64,000 bases of DNA from Candidatus Nomurabacteria bacterium (GTDB taxonomy: Bacteria > Patescibacteriota > Minisyncoccia > Phycocordibacterales > UBA9973): NCBI GenBank assembly GCA_028286485.1, contig JAQBRM010000027.1:10632-74631 (forward strand), given 5' to 3'. The notes under the pieces were generated by a model, which saw nothing but the letters and a program-made list of their open reading frames with translations, did no database searches and had not been told where the DNA came from. The position numbers and the translations under genes are program-made. Positions 18,975-30,479 of the stretch are shown piece by piece (the stretch's first letter is position 1; every line of letters begins with the position of its first letter).

Positions 18975-19748
18975 ATGGAACCACAAGAAAACCCACAAAA
19001 AGACCCTATTGAAAACAGTCCTATTAGTACCGTACCCCCAAAACCAGCCATCAGTATTGCGGCTGCCATCCTCACCGGCGCCGCCATGACCGCATTGGCA
19101 CTTATTATTGTATTGCACCCATCCAACACCGCACCAAGTCCGACCACCGGTGCCATCAGCCAACCGACTACTCCGACCACCGTTCCCGCTGCCATCGTGA
19201 CCGTGCGCCCCGGCGATGCCAATCATATTCGCGGCGATATCAATACTGCGCAAGTAGTGATATTTGAATACTCCGATAGTGACTGCCCGTTCTGCGAACA
19301 GTTTCATCCGACCCTTCAGCAAGTGGTAAGTGACTATCAAGGAAAAGTTGCGTGGGTCTATCGTTACTTCCCGCTCAGTATCCACCCCAACACTCATACC
19401 GAAGCGATTGCATTGCAATGTGCGGGCCAGCTCGGTGGGGCAAAAGGTTTCAATACCTATCTTGATACCATTATCAATATCACCCTCAATCCTGACACCA
19501 AGAGCAATGAGATGCTGACTACTATTGCGTCCCAACAGGGCTTAGACGCTACCAAGTTCAATGCTTGTCGGGCCGATCCGGCTACAGCCGCTATGGTTGA
19601 CGCAAGCAGCCAAGAAGCACAGAGCATTGGTGCACAAGGTACGCCATTCAGCATTGCCGTCAATATCAAAACCGGCAAGCAAATCATCATCCCCGGCGCA
19701 TACCCTCTCGCAGAGGTGAAAAAGGATATCGATTCCCTCCTCCAGTAA
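18975..19748 (+). CDS. DsbA-family thiol-disulfide oxidoreductase
   Basis: EYSDSDCPFC, YRYFPL and GTP cis-Pro loop; N-terminal TM. Confidence 0.9.
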   Translation: MEPQENPQKDPIENSPISTVPPKPAISIAAAILTGAAMTALALIIVLHPSNTAPSPTTGAISQPTTPTTVPAAIVTVRPGDANHIRGDINTAQVVIFEYSDSDCPFCEQFHPTLQQVVSDYQGKVAWVYRYFPLSIHPNTHTEAIALQCAGQLGGAKGFNTYLDTIINITLNPDTKSNEMLTTIASQQGLDATKFNACRADPATAAMVDASSQEAQSIGAQGTPFSIAVNIKTGKQIIIPGAYPLAEVKKDIDSLLQ

Positions 19749-19752
19749 TTCA

Positions 19753-19796
19753 TAATAAAAAAAACGCTAGATCGGATCTAGCGGTTTTTTATTATT
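19753..19796. terminator. Bidirectional terminator
   Basis: CGCTAGATC-G-GATCTAGCG flanked by A and T runs. Confidence 0.8.
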
Positions 19797-21109
19797 TAAT
19801 CGAAATAGTTTCGGAGGCGTTGGATGCGGTCGTTTTGCCGGAGCTTTTCGTGAACCTTGGCTTCGATTTGTCGAATACGTTCACGAGTCACGCCGAACTC
19901 CTTGCCGACTTCTTCAAGGGTGTGCTGTACCCCATCGACAAGTCCGTAGCGCATTTCCAAAATTCTTTTTTCCTTTGGAGAGAGTTCTTCCAAGACGGCC
20001 CGAATGGCATCTTGCAACATGCGACGAGAGGATTCTTGGTCGGGACGAAGGATCTTGTCATCGGCAATGAACTCACCGAAGGTAGACTTGTCTTCATCAT
20101 CACCGATCGGTGATTCAAGTGATCGCGTCTCTTGGTTGATCTGTTCGATGACGTGTACTTTCTCCACTTCAATGCCCATTTCCATGGCGATTTCTTCCGG
20201 CATCGGATCACGGCCGAGGTCTTGCCCCAAACGGCGCATGACTTGCTTGTATTTTGAAATAGTCTCAACCATGTGCACGGGAATACGGATGGTACGAGAC
20301 TGGTCGGCCAAGGCACGCGTAATGGACTGGCGAATCCACCAGGTGGCATAGGTGGAGAATTTAAAGCCCTTGGTGTAGTCGAACTTTTCCACCGCCTTGA
20401 AGAGACCGATGTTCCCTTCTTGAATCAAGTCCAAGAGCGTCAGGTCAGCGGTACGGTTGGCATACTTTTTCGCAATGGATACCACCAGACGCAGGTTGGA
20501 ACGAGCCAACAGGTTCTTGGCTTCCAAATCCCCCGCCGCAATACGCTTGGCGAATTCCTTTTCCTGTGCGGCATTGATCAACGGATACTGTCCGATATCC
20601 TTAAGGTACATCTGCACGGAGCTGAAGCTGTGGCTGTCTTTGACGTATTTTGAAAGGTCTTCATTACTATCGATATCCAGTAAGTTGCCGCCCTCCAGAA
20701 TATCAATACCGGCGATGCTGAATTTCTCATACAGCTCATCAAGAAACATGATATTGTTTTCAATATCGGGAAATGTCTTTAAAATCTCGTCATAGGTAAT
20801 GAAGCCGCGTTTCTTACCCTTGCCGATAAGTTCTTCAGACTTCACTTCCATTTCTTTCAATTTCTTTTCACTGTTGTTCTCGCGACGTGGCGGCATGCCG
20901 GCGTGACGAATAGTAATGGGTTTTGGCTTGACCTTTACTTTGGGTACCACTTTCTTGGGCGCTACTTTTTTAGCAGGAGTTTTTTTTGGAGCTTTTTTTA
21001 CTGCACGCTTTGGTGCCACTTTTTTTGCTGCCTTTTTCTTGGGCGCCGGAGCGCTCTTTTTTACTACTTTTTTTGATTGTGCTTTTTTAGCTGGTTTTTT
21101 GTTGGGCAT
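19796..21109 (-). CDS. rpoD: Primary sigma factor with Lys/Ala/Pro-rich N-terminal tail
   Basis: [40 protein letters not shown]. Confidence 0.96.
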   Translation of the reverse strand: MPNKKPAKKAQSKKVVKKSAPAPKKKAAKKVAPKRAVKKAPKKTPAKKVAPKKVVPKVKVKPKPITIRHAGMPPRRENNSEKKLKEMEVKSEELIGKGKKRGFITYDEILKTFPDIENNIMFLDELYEKFSIAGIDILEGGNLLDIDSNEDLSKYVKDSHSFSSVQMYLKDIGQYPLINAAQEKEFAKRIAAGDLEAKNLLARSNLRLVVSIAKKYANRTADLTLLDLIQEGNIGLFKAVEKFDYTKGFKFSTYATWWIRQSITRALADQSRTIRIPVHMVETISKYKQVMRRLGQDLGRDPMPEEIAMEMGIEVEKVHVIEQINQETRSLESPIGDDEDKSTFGEFIADDKILRPDQESSRRMLQDAIRAVLEELSPKEKRILEMRYGLVDGVQHTLEEVGKEFGVTRERIRQIEAKVHEKLRQNDRIQRLRNYFD

Positions 21110-21164
21110 ATGTTCATTCGTATCATTATAGAAAATCACTTGAATGTCAAGCAATTGAGTCACG

Positions 21165-22865
21165 TCATTGCATATGACGTGACTGATTTATTTGTTGCAG
21201 GAGAGCCAGGTATTCGAGTTCTTTTACTTCATCGTTGTTTTGTTTCGCTTCGTTCATTTTCATGGCATAGCTGAAGCGCAGGTTTTCCAAGAATTGATTG
21301 ATGATGGCCGTGGAAATTTCGTGCAGTACCGCCAATCGTTGCTCGACCTCCAATGATTTATTCTCACGCTCCACGATGGCCAAGATACGTTCGCGATCGG
21401 CATCACTCAACGGCGCAAGCGGCAGTCGCTCACCATTGAATTCAAAATTTGTTACTTTTGAAATAACCGTCTCCGTTCCATCTTCCGGATACAATTCTAT
21501 GAAGGCTTGAAACCGTTCCGCGATGGAAATGCCTTCTGAGGATTTGGGAAGTGTAATCGGTGATGCCACATAAGGAATACTCACTGTTTCTTTCAGGTAG
21601 GCGATGAAATCTTCATTCACCTCTTTGGTACCCAAGCTGGATTCAGTGGCAATCGTATTGAGGTACATGTTCCGTTCAATGGATGATTGTACGCGCGCCA
21701 GAAAAGGAAATAATTTTTGACGGATACTTTGTTTCAGTTGATGGGCGGATAATGCGCTTTTTTGCAGGACATGAAGCGTGTGGAGAATGAAATGTTCACC
21801 ATGCTTCAATAATTCCTTCCAGCTGTCGGTGCCATTAGCAATGATAAAATCAGCCGGGTCCACCCCTTCCGGCAATGCCACCACCTTGGGATTCATACCC
21901 ATGGATAAGGTGACCAGTGCTGCACGTTCCATGGCTTTCTGCCCGGCACTATCGCCATCAAAGGCTAGGAAGAGGTTGGGCGTCAAGCGAGCGATGACTG
22001 ACAGCTGAGCGCTCGAATCACCGATCGTCGTTTCCGACACGGCCGTACCTGACGTTGCCACCGTATTTTTAAATCCCGCTTGATGGCTGAGCACGAGGTC
22101 CATCTGTCCTTCCACTAAAATGGCGAAGTTGTGTTTCTTGATGGCAATCTTGGCTTTATCAAAACCAAATAACACACGCGACTTTTGGAAGACTTCCGTT
22201 TCAGGACTATTAAGATACTTCGGACCTTCTTCCGTATCCGGAAACATGCGACCGGAAAACGCTACAATGCGTCCACTGCTGTCCGTTAATGGAAATATAA
22301 TGCGTCCGCGGAAGCGATCATAGTACCCTTTTTCAGTTTTTTTGATTAGTCCCGCACGTTCATAGTAGCCGTGGTTTTTCTCATCCAGTCCGCCCGCAAT
22401 AGTGCGCCACTCCATTGGGGCATACCCAATACGAAATTGCTCAATGGTTTCTTCCATCACTCCCCTTTTTTTCAAATACTCCACTGCTTCAGGATTTTTT
22501 TTCAACAGCGCCTGGTATTTCCGTGCGGCTTGTTCCAATGCATCGTAGACACTATCGGTCGGCTCGGCTGTATCATATTGAGCGGTCAGCGGTATGCCCG
22601 CTCTGTCGGCCAGCACTTTCAATGCGCCCTTGAAGTCCAATCCTTCAAACTCTTGTACGAAGTTCAGAATATCTCCCTTAGCACCGCAACCGAAGCAATA
22701 GTAAAGGCCGCGTTCCGGCGATACCGAAAACGACGCGGTCTTTTCATTATGAAACGGGCATCGGGCCTTAAACTGGGTTCCAGACGGCTCAAGCGTAATA
22801 TACGTTGAGAGGACTTCGGTAATAGGCAATCGATGTTTTATTTGTTCGATCAGCCTGTTGTCCAT
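21165..22865 (-). CDS. dnaG: DNA primase
   Basis: CPFHNEKT...CFGC zinc finger, [20 protein letters not shown] and FDGD. Confidence 0.96.
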   Translation of the reverse strand: MDNRLIEQIKHRLPITEVLSTYITLEPSGTQFKARCPFHNEKTASFSVSPERGLYYCFGCGAKGDILNFVQEFEGLDFKGALKVLADRAGIPLTAQYDTAEPTDSVYDALEQAARKYQALLKKNPEAVEYLKKRGVMEETIEQFRIGYAPMEWRTIAGGLDEKNHGYYERAGLIKKTEKGYYDRFRGRIIFPLTDSSGRIVAFSGRMFPDTEEGPKYLNSPETEVFQKSRVLFGFDKAKIAIKKHNFAILVEGQMDLVLSHQAGFKNTVATSGTAVSETTIGDSSAQLSVIARLTPNLFLAFDGDSAGQKAMERAALVTLSMGMNPKVVALPEGVDPADFIIANGTDSWKELLKHGEHFILHTLHVLQKSALSAHQLKQSIRQKLFPFLARVQSSIERNMYLNTIATESSLGTKEVNEDFIAYLKETVSIPYVASPITLPKSSEGISIAERFQAFIELYPEDGTETVISKVTNFEFNGERLPLAPLSDADRERILAIVERENKSLEVEQRLAVLHEISTAIINQFLENLRFSYAMKMNEAKQNNDEVKELEYLALLQQINQSRHMQ

Positions 22866-22869
22866 CGTT

Positions 22870-25800
22870 TTATTCGTCGTGCTTAATGTTGTTGATATCG
22901 AGCGCACTGCGTTCTCGGAAACCGGTGCCGGCAGGAATCAATCGTCCGACAGTCACATTTTCCTTCAAGCCACGGAGCGTGTCAGTACCGCCTTTTACGG
23001 CATTGGCAATGAGCACACGGTTGGTGTTCTGGAAGGAAGCGGCAGAGATCCAACTCTTGGCATTAAGCGCAGTTTGTGTAATACCGAAGATGACCAGTGC
23101 GCCTTTGGCTTCTTTCAAGCCACGTTCACGCATCTTGGCATTTTCTTCCATCAATTCCGTTGCTTCAATCACTTCTCCAGGAGAGAAGGTAGTATCACCG
23201 GTATCCTTGATTTTGCGACGAGAGAACATCTGACGAACAATGATTTCCAAGTGCTTGCGGGCGATTGAGGCGCCTTGCAATTCATACACTTTGATAATTT
23301 CACGAATGATGTAATCTTCGGCTGCTTCACGGCTGCCGTATTCGTAGACTTCCTCTACATTGGCTGATCCATCGGTCAACAATTCGCCGCCGACAATTTC
23401 TTGTCCGACTTTCACGATTGGCACGCGACGAGGACCGACAGGGTATGCAATGGACTCTTTCTTTGATTCTTCTTTCTCGGAAAGCACTATGATAGTTTTG
23501 TCGGCACCGTCTTCGGTAATTTCCAACACCGTACCGGCATATTTTGCCACTGCGGCAGGATTCTTCACCGTACGACATTCGAAGACTTCTTCCACACGAG
23601 GCAGACCTTGTGTAATGTCGACACCTGCTAGACCGCCGGCGTGGAACGTACGAAGGGTGAGCTGCGTACCCGGTTCACCGATCGCTTGCGCGGCGATGAT
23701 ACCCACGGACTCACCGCGTGCTACCAAATGGTTACGTCCCAAGTCGAGACCGTAACACTGTCGGCAAATACCGTAGATCGTCTTACACACCATTGGTGTA
23801 CGGACGAATACTTCCTTTACTCCTTTCTGGTCAATCAACATGATATCGTCTTTGGCGAGCAAGTGTCCGCGCTTGAGGATAGTAGTGCCATCCACCACGA
23901 TATCTTTTGCGAGCACACGTCCGCGAATGCTCTTGGCCAATGGAATTTCCAATCCGGAAATAACTTCTGCCACCATGCGCTTGGAGCCTTTGGTGCCACA
24001 GTCTTCTTCCGTAATGACCACATCCTGCGCCACATCAACGAGACGACGTGTCAGGTATCCGGCACGAGCGGTGTTCAACGCCGTGTCGGCCAAACCTTTA
24101 CGTGAACCGTGAGTGGTAATGAAGTATTCAATCGGTGATAGTCCTTCCTTGTATGAAGGAATAATCGGGAAATCAATCGTTCGTCCGGTAGTGTTTTGAA
24201 TCAAACCAGTCATACCCGCCATCTGCGATACCTGCGCCATAGAGCCACGGGCACCGGAGGTAACGAGGTTGTAAGTAGAACTTCCTTTCGTCATCATATC
24301 AGGCAGCAGTTTTTCAATTTCGGCCTTGGCTTTATTCCACAATGTAATTGTTTTTTCATACAATTCTTCCTTTGAAAGCAAACCATCTTCATATTGCTTT
24401 TTCATTTCCGTATCGAGTAAACGATACTTCTGCACGATCTCAGGTTTTTCTTTTGGTACGATCACGTTATCAATACCCCAAGTAGTACCGGACTGTGTCG
24501 CGTATTTGTAGCCGAATGATTTGATGCGGTCAAGAATCGGAGCGACTTCCGTCACGCCATACTTGGCAATCAAGTCATCCATGATGACGGCCATTTTCTT
24601 GGAAGTCATTTCATCTTCGATATACGGAAAGTCTGCAGGCAGAATGGCGTTGAAGAGCAATCGTCCGACGGTCGTAGGAAATGGCTTGCCGGCGAACTGC
24701 GCGTACTTTGTCTTATCGGTACCGAGCACGTGAATTTTTGCGCGGAGCGATACTTGTTCGAAGTCGTAGGTGGTGATGGCTTCGTTCGGATTGGCAAAAT
24801 ACATGCCCTCCCCTTTTTCACCATCAACATCCGCTGTCATCCAGTAACAACCTAGAATAATGTCGAGCTTGTTCACCGCCACAATAGGATCACCGTTCTG
24901 CGGTTTCAAGATATTCTTATCAGCAGCGATCAATGTCTTAGCTTCGCGCTGTGCTTCTTCAGACAATGGCAGATAGACACCCATTTGGTCACCATCGAAG
25001 TCGGCGTTGAAGGCCGGACAAACGAGTGGGTGCACCTTGATGGCATTGCCTTCTACCAGTACCGGCATGAAGGCCTGAATACCAAGTCGGTGCAAGGTCG
25101 GTGCACGGTTCAACATCACATACTTGCCCTTGATGGCTTCTTCAAGAATGGCCCAGACTTCCGGAATCCCTTCTTCAATAAGTTTGTTGGCACCACGAAT
25201 GTTGTATGCGAGCTCTTGTTCGATGATTTTTGAAATCACGAATGGACGGAAGAGTTCCAACGCCATATGTTTTGGCAGACCACATTGGTTGAGTTTCAAT
25301 GTCGGGCCGACGACGATGACAGAACGAGCGGAGTAGTCCACACGCTTACCGAGCAAGTTCTGACGGAAGAGTCCTTGCTTTGATTTCAAGTTATCAGACA
25401 ATGACTTCAGTGCACGACGCTGTGCTTGGCTCATGGCAGGACTGTCTTGTCCGGCAATGGAGTTATCAATCAATGCGTCCACTGCTTCTTGCAAGATACG
25501 CTTTTCATTACGAAGGATCACATCAGGTGCACCGATTTCTTTCAATTTTTTCAAACGATTGTTTCGGTTGATGACACGACGGTAGAGGTCGTTGATATCG
25601 GATGTAGCGTGACGGCCACCTTCCAATGCCACCATTGGGCGAATAGCTGGTGGGATCACAGGAATAACGGAAAGGAACATCCATTCTGGGCGAATGTTGG
25701 CATAGATCATGCCGCGTACGAGTGCCAAACGCTTGTTCAATTTCTCGCGTTCTGCCGCACCGGCTTTCTCAAGCATTTTTTCCGTGTGTGCTTTCACTTT

Positions 25801-26484
25801 AGCCAAATCCATATCTTTGAAGAGTTGGTAGATTGGCTCAGCACCAACACCGGCTTCAAACGCAGAACCGTATTTCAATGAGTAGTGGTGGTATGAAATT
25901 TCATTCAATACTTTTCCAACGCGAATTTCACCGATTTCTTTTTTGGTGTTGGTCAGCAAGGTGCGAAGCTTGTCGCGTGTTTCTTCATCCGCCGCGCCTT
26001 TCAATTTGTTTTTGAATTCCGCATCAAGATCGGTGATAATACGCTCACGTTCGTCTTCATGCACGATCGTAATAATGTAGCCGGCGAAGTAGACGACTTT
26101 TTCAAGATCGGTCAGAGAGACGTTGAGCAAGATACTCATACGAGATGGTACGCCGCGCAGGAACCAGATGTGTGCTACCGGAGAGGCCAGCTCGATGTGG
26201 CCCATACGATCACGGCGAACGATGGACTGGGTGACTTCCACGCCACATTTCTCACAGATAATACCGGCGTATCGAATACGCTTGTACTTGCCACAGTAAC
26301 ATTCATAGTCTTTCTCGGGACCGAAGATGCGTTCGTCGAAGAGACCGCCGCGTTCACTGCGTCCGGTACGGTAGTTGATGGTTTCCGGCTTGGTTACTTC
26401 ACCAAAACTCCATTCGCGAATGCGATCAGGGCTTGCGAGCTTCAGACTGATTGAGTTAAAATTTGTTGTGTCGAGTGTTTTCAT
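22870..26484 (-). CDS. rpoC: RNA polymerase beta' subunit
   Basis: NADFDGD catalytic motif, N-terminal zinc finger, LLGKRVDYS. Confidence 0.99.
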   Translation of the reverse strand: MKTLDTTNFNSISLKLASPDRIREWSFGEVTKPETINYRTGRSERGGLFDERIFGPEKDYECYCGKYKRIRYAGIICEKCGVEVTQSIVRRDRMGHIELASPVAHIWFLRGVPSRMSILLNVSLTDLEKVVYFAGYIITIVHEDERERIITDLDAEFKNKLKGAADEETRDKLRTLLTNTKKEIGEIRVGKVLNEISYHHYSLKYGSAFEAGVGAEPIYQLFKDMDLAKVKAHTEKMLEKAGAAEREKLNKRLALVRGMIYANIRPEWMFLSVIPVIPPAIRPMVALEGGRHATSDINDLYRRVINRNNRLKKLKEIGAPDVILRNEKRILQEAVDALIDNSIAGQDSPAMSQAQRRALKSLSDNLKSKQGLFRQNLLGKRVDYSARSVIVVGPTLKLNQCGLPKHMALELFRPFVISKIIEQELAYNIRGANKLIEEGIPEVWAILEEAIKGKYVMLNRAPTLHRLGIQAFMPVLVEGNAIKVHPLVCPAFNADFDGDQMGVYLPLSEEAQREAKTLIAADKNILKPQNGDPIVAVNKLDIILGCYWMTADVDGEKGEGMYFANPNEAITTYDFEQVSLRAKIHVLGTDKTKYAQFAGKPFPTTVGRLLFNAILPADFPYIEDEMTSKKMAVIMDDLIAKYGVTEVAPILDRIKSFGYKYATQSGTTWGIDNVIVPKEKPEIVQKYRLLDTEMKKQYEDGLLSKEELYEKTITLWNKAKAEIEKLLPDMMTKGSSTYNLVTSGARGSMAQVSQMAGMTGLIQNTTGRTIDFPIIPSYKEGLSPIEYFITTHGSRKGLADTALNTARAGYLTRRLVDVAQDVVITEEDCGTKGSKRMVAEVISGLEIPLAKSIRGRVLAKDIVVDGTTILKRGHLLAKDDIMLIDQKGVKEVFVRTPMVCKTIYGICRQCYGLDLGRNHLVARGESVGIIAAQAIGEPGTQLTLRTFHAGGLAGVDITQGLPRVEEVFECRTVKNPAAVAKYAGTVLEITEDGADKTIIVLSEKEESKKESIAYPVGPRRVPIVKVGQEIVGGELLTDGSANVEEVYEYGSREAAEDYIIREIIKVYELQGASIARKHLEIIVRQMFSRRKIKDTGDTTFSPGEVIEATELMEENAKMRERGLKEAKGALVIFGITQTALNAKSWISAASFQNTNRVLIANAVKGGTDTLRGLKENVTVGRLIPAGTGFRERSALDINNIKHDE

Positions 26485-26512
26485 AATGGTTTTTATTTAA
26501 TGAGGCGTGGAG

Positions 26513-29500
26513 TTAATTTTCTACTTCTGTTGCTGATGCGTCGACCGGATTTGATTGCAACAGTTCTACGTCCAGTGATAATCCTCGCAAGTAGTTCAAC
26601 ATGACCGAGAATGAGGCCGGCACATTAGGCTCGCCTATTTTTTCATTCTTGATGATGGCGTCAAATGTTGCGGCACGTCCGCGAATATCATCGGATTTGA
26701 TCGTGAGCATTTCACGAAGGGTGTGCGCTGCACCGTATCCTTCCAATGCCCAGACCTCCATTTCTCCGAAACGCTGACCACCGCCTTGCGCCTTACCGCC
26801 CAATGGCTGCTGCGTAATGAGACTGTATGGCCCGATGGAACGCATGTGAATCTTGTCTTCCACCATGTGGTGCAGTTTCAAAATATACATATATCCCACG
26901 GCAATATCTTGTTCAAACTTATCACCGGTTCGTCCATCGAAGAGTGGTACACGACCGTTGGCAGGGAAACCCGCTTTGACCAATTCTTCTTTGATTTCTG
27001 CATCAGTAGCACCGGAGAATGGTGGCACGATGGCTTGGTAGCCCAACTCGTTTGCAGCCATACCCAAGTGTAGTTCCAGGATTTGTCCGAGGTTCATACG
27101 TGATGGCACACCGAGCGGTGTTAGTACAACGTCTACCGGGGTACCGTCTGCCATGTATGGCATATCTTCTTCAGGTAATACAACGGAGATAACTCCCTTG
27201 TTACCGTGACGTCCTGCCAGCTTGTCACCGACTGAAATATTTCGAAGCTGTGCCACTTCAATGACGATTTTCTTGATCACACCGGATTCAAGCGTGTGTC
27301 CTTGGTCGCGTGAGAATACTTTCACACGAATGATACGTCCGCGCTTGCCGTGATCCATTTTCAATGACGTGTCTTTCACATCACGCGCTTTCTCGGCGAA
27401 GATACTGCGGAGCAAACGTTCTTCCGGAGTGAGTTCTGTCTCGCCTTTTGGCGTGATTTTACCCACGAGGATGTCCCCTTCTTTCACTTCCGCACCGACA
27501 CGAATGATACCGTCTTCATCAAGATCTTTCAGACGAGCTTCACCGACGTTTGGAATATCACGTGTGGTTACTTCCGGTCCGAGCTTGGTATCACGCACCA
27601 CACAGATGAATTCCGCGATATAAATAGAGGTGAATTTTGAATTCTTAATCAATCGTTCTGACAGAATGATCGCGTCTTCGAAGTTTGCACCGTTCCAACT
27701 CATGAATGCCACCATCATGTTCTGGCCGAGCGCGATTTGACCGCGATCAGTAGTAGAGGTATCGGCAAGCAATTCCCCCTTCTTGACTTTCTGTCCCATG
27801 GACACAACCGGACGCTGGTGAAAGGCGTTGAAGTTGTTGTTACGCTGGAATGACACAAGGCTGTAGGAATGATCTTTGCCTTTCTCGTCCTTGACGGTAA
27901 TTTTTGATGCATCAACGAAGGTGATTTCTCCCGCTTCTTGTGCTTGCACGAGACGGCCGGAATATGGTGCGGCATCTTCTTCGACACCCGTCGCCACGAA
28001 TGGTGCTTCAGGGCAAATAAGCGGCACGGCTTGTCGTTGCATGTTACTGCCCATCAATGCACGGTTGGCATTGTTGTGTTCAATGAACGGAATCATGGAA
28101 GTACCGACTGAGAACGCCTGGTTCGGCGCTACGTCGATGTAGTCCACTTCATCCTTGCGCACGATGCCTGGGTTGGTACGGATACGCGCTTCCACTTCAT
28201 CAGGCAAGTTGCCTTTGTCATCATAGCGAGTACCGGCATGCGCAATAATGCACTTCTCTTCTTCTGCCGCATTGAGGTAGGCCACTTCGCCGGTGATTTT
28301 GCCATTCTTCACTTTCACATATGGGGTCTCAATAATACCGAATGCGTTCACGCGAGCGTAAATAGACAGACGCAAAATCAAACCGATGTTCGGACCTTCC
28401 GGTGTTTGGATCGGACAAACGCGACCGTAGTGAGATGGGTGCACGTCACGCACTTCAAGGGTAGCGCGTTCACGTGTCAGACCGCCGGGACCAAGGGCAG
28501 AAAGGGTACGTAGTTCTTCAAGCTCGGACAAGACGTTCTCTTGCTGCATGAACTGAGAGAGCTGGTTGGTGGTAAAAAATTCTTTGATGCGAGCTTGCAA
28601 TGGGCGCTGGTTAACCACCTGAATAGGCAATGCATTCGTTGCATCGATAGTAGACATACGGTCCTGCACGTTACGCTTGATCTGAGTCAGACCAACGTAG
28701 ACTTTTTGCTGGAGCATTTCACCAACGAAACGCACGCGACGTGAACTGAGGTTATCAATGTCATCAGGGCGAGAGCCGGGAGTGTTATTCAATGCAATGA
28801 TGTTGTTGACGATCAATGCCAAGTCAGCCGCGGAGAGGGTCTTGCGTTCCATTTCTTTATCAGACATGTCGAGCTCGAAACGCTTGTTGAAACGAAAACG
28901 TCCAACAGCTGAGAGGTCGTAACGCTCTTCTGAGAAGAGGTTGTTGACGAAGTCACGAGCGTTATCAGCAGTCGCGAGGTCGCCGTCACGGAGCTTACGG
29001 TAGATTTCCACGAAAGCTTCGCCAGGGGTTTTTGCTACGTCCTTTTCCAATGAGTGAGTGATGAGCGCGTTTGCTACCGGATTAGGAAAATGTTTTTTGA
29101 TTTCTTCATCAGTGGCCAAACCGAGGGCGCGCAAAAGAGACACAACAGGGAATTTGCGCTTTTTGTCGATACGCACGTAGACCGTGCCATCAGGATCGGA
29201 TTCGATTTCAATCCACACACCGCGGTTAGGAATGATTTTAGCACCGAAGAAACGCTTGCCTTTGACTTCCAGCTCGGTGAAAAAGACACCGGATGAACGA
29301 GAGAGTTGTGGAATGATGGAACGTTCAACACCGTTGATGATGAATGTGCCGTGTGGAGTCATGACCGGCAGGTCAGCCATGAAAATTTCCTGTTCTTTTT
29401 CGGAACCGGTTTGCTTGTTGGTGAGTTTTACGCGAGCCTTGATTTGCGCTTCGAGAGAGAGCTTGTTTTCCTTACAATGATGTTCATCATTTTTCGGTTC

Positions 29501-29719
29501 AACAACGTGGAATGAGACGAAGTCCAGCTGGAACTTCTTGCCGGAGTAGTCATTGATGGGAGTGAATTCCTTGAAGACTTCCTTCAGGCCTTTCTCAATG
29601 AGCCAGTTGAATGAATCAAGCTGGTGCTGAATAAGGTTTGGGAATGGTACGAGGGGTTTTTTATACTTCGAAAAGTACTTTTTTGGACGAACGTCGGTGC
29701 TTTTTATAATTTTACTCAT
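26513..29719 (-). CDS. rpoB: RNA polymerase beta subunit
   Basis: GDKLAGRHGNKG, TPEGPNIG, GGQRFGEME. Confidence 0.99.
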   Translation of the reverse strand: MSKIIKSTDVRPKKYFSKYKKPLVPFPNLIQHQLDSFNWLIEKGLKEVFKEFTPINDYSGKKFQLDFVSFHVVEPKNDEHHCKENKLSLEAQIKARVKLTNKQTGSEKEQEIFMADLPVMTPHGTFIINGVERSIIPQLSRSSGVFFTELEVKGKRFFGAKIIPNRGVWIEIESDPDGTVYVRIDKKRKFPVVSLLRALGLATDEEIKKHFPNPVANALITHSLEKDVAKTPGEAFVEIYRKLRDGDLATADNARDFVNNLFSEERYDLSAVGRFRFNKRFELDMSDKEMERKTLSAADLALIVNNIIALNNTPGSRPDDIDNLSSRRVRFVGEMLQQKVYVGLTQIKRNVQDRMSTIDATNALPIQVVNQRPLQARIKEFFTTNQLSQFMQQENVLSELEELRTLSALGPGGLTRERATLEVRDVHPSHYGRVCPIQTPEGPNIGLILRLSIYARVNAFGIIETPYVKVKNGKITGEVAYLNAAEEEKCIIAHAGTRYDDKGNLPDEVEARIRTNPGIVRKDEVDYIDVAPNQAFSVGTSMIPFIEHNNANRALMGSNMQRQAVPLICPEAPFVATGVEEDAAPYSGRLVQAQEAGEITFVDASKITVKDEKGKDHSYSLVSFQRNNNFNAFHQRPVVSMGQKVKKGELLADTSTTDRGQIALGQNMMVAFMSWNGANFEDAIILSERLIKNSKFTSIYIAEFICVVRDTKLGPEVTTRDIPNVGEARLKDLDEDGIIRVGAEVKEGDILVGKITPKGETELTPEERLLRSIFAEKARDVKDTSLKMDHGKRGRIIRVKVFSRDQGHTLESGVIKKIVIEVAQLRNISVGDKLAGRHGNKGVISVVLPEEDMPYMADGTPVDVVLTPLGVPSRMNLGQILELHLGMAANELGYQAIVPPFSGATDAEIKEELVKAGFPANGRVPLFDGRTGDKFEQDIAVGYMYILKLHHMVEDKIHMRSIGPYSLITQQPLGGKAQGGGQRFGEMEVWALEGYGAAHTLREMLTIKSDDIRGRAATFDAIIKNEKIGEPNVPASFSVMLNYLRGLSLDVELLQSNPVDASATEVEN

Positions 29720-29832
29720 AGCTATCTAAACGCAAAAATGCCTCACGGGGCCTCCCGAGGGCGTTATCTATAAAAATCTCTCTAATCTACAGCGTTTTCT
29801 ACCGCAACCATTCCACAATCTGTAAGAGCACC

Positions 29833-29861
29833 AGTATAAGCAAAAGATGACTCTTTGTCAA
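29833..29861 (-). promoter_or_regulatory. rpoB promoter TTGACA-17-TATACT
   Basis: Near-consensus sigma70 boxes about 110 nt upstream of the rpoB start. Confidence 0.75.
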
Positions 29862-29930
29862 ACGATTTCACTCTTATCTCTCTTTGATCTTTAAATATTC
29901 TTGATCACTAAAATTATATGATGGAGCTGC

Positions 29931-30368
29931 ATGATTAAAGCTCAAAAAAGTGATTTTTTCAGAATCAAGAGATTGGTAAAGATTTACTACAATCTTAGAC
30001 AGGGAGAATTAATAGGACGACATACGGAATTACTGTTTTTATTTAAAATTAAGAACCCAAATCACCCCCATCATCACTTCGAGGTATACATCTCTCGGAT
30101 GTCCTTAAAACATTTTGTTGAGAGGAGAAAAGAGGAATTTAGTAAGAATAATTCTGAAGATACCGCCCTATCTCTTATTTATAAAATCCTTGATAAAACC
30201 CATGATGTTATGATCAATTTTGATTCTTATAAATTTGAATTATCAAATAAGCATTTTTATGATAAGGAATATTTCCTCAGTCCAACCCATGCGCGTATTC
30301 TGAGGATATTGCTGGAAATTAAAGAAAACAGGCTAGAAATAATATCAATGCATTTTAGAAGAAAATAA
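29931..30368 (+). CDS. Hypothetical protein, possible BECR/RelE-like (PBECR-type) RNase
   Basis: AT-rich orphan; VYISRMSLKHFVERR helix and C-terminal IISMHF strand resemble BECR-fold nucleases (pattern recognition only). Confidence 0.5.
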   Translation: MIKAQKSDFFRIKRLVKIYYNLRQGELIGRHTELLFLFKIKNPNHPHHHFEVYISRMSLKHFVERRKEEFSKNNSEDTALSLIYKILDKTHDVMINFDSYKFELSNKHFYDKEYFLSPTHARILRILLEIKENRLEIISMHFRRK

Positions 30369-30479
30369 AAATACCCCCTTTCGGTGGTATTTTTATTTAT
30401 AGCAAGGAGCGTTGGCGGTTCGCTCATGAGTACCCTCTTTCGAAGGTCCGCAGCAAGCCATTTCTGTCGTCAAGCTATA
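30363..30479 (-). ncRNA. Candidate structured sRNA convergent on the 29931 ORF
   Basis: Promoter TTGCGT-16-TGaTAGTAT (30512-30485); closing stem TATAGC/GCTATA; ACCTTC-GAAA-GAGGGT and GAGCG/CGCTC hairpins; terminator 30363-30398. Confidence 0.6.

Noticed and set aside
4921-29515. Numerous 60-200 aa antisense or alternate-frame ORFs inside uvrA, uvrB, mreB, rpoB, rpoC and others
   Set aside because: Shadow ORFs of conserved genes with no recognisable motifs.
30398-30479. SRP RNA, hammerhead ribozyme or c-di-GMP-I riboswitch
   Set aside because: Only fragments match (AGGTCCG..CAGC, CTCATGA, TTCGAAAGAG); the required conserved cores are absent.
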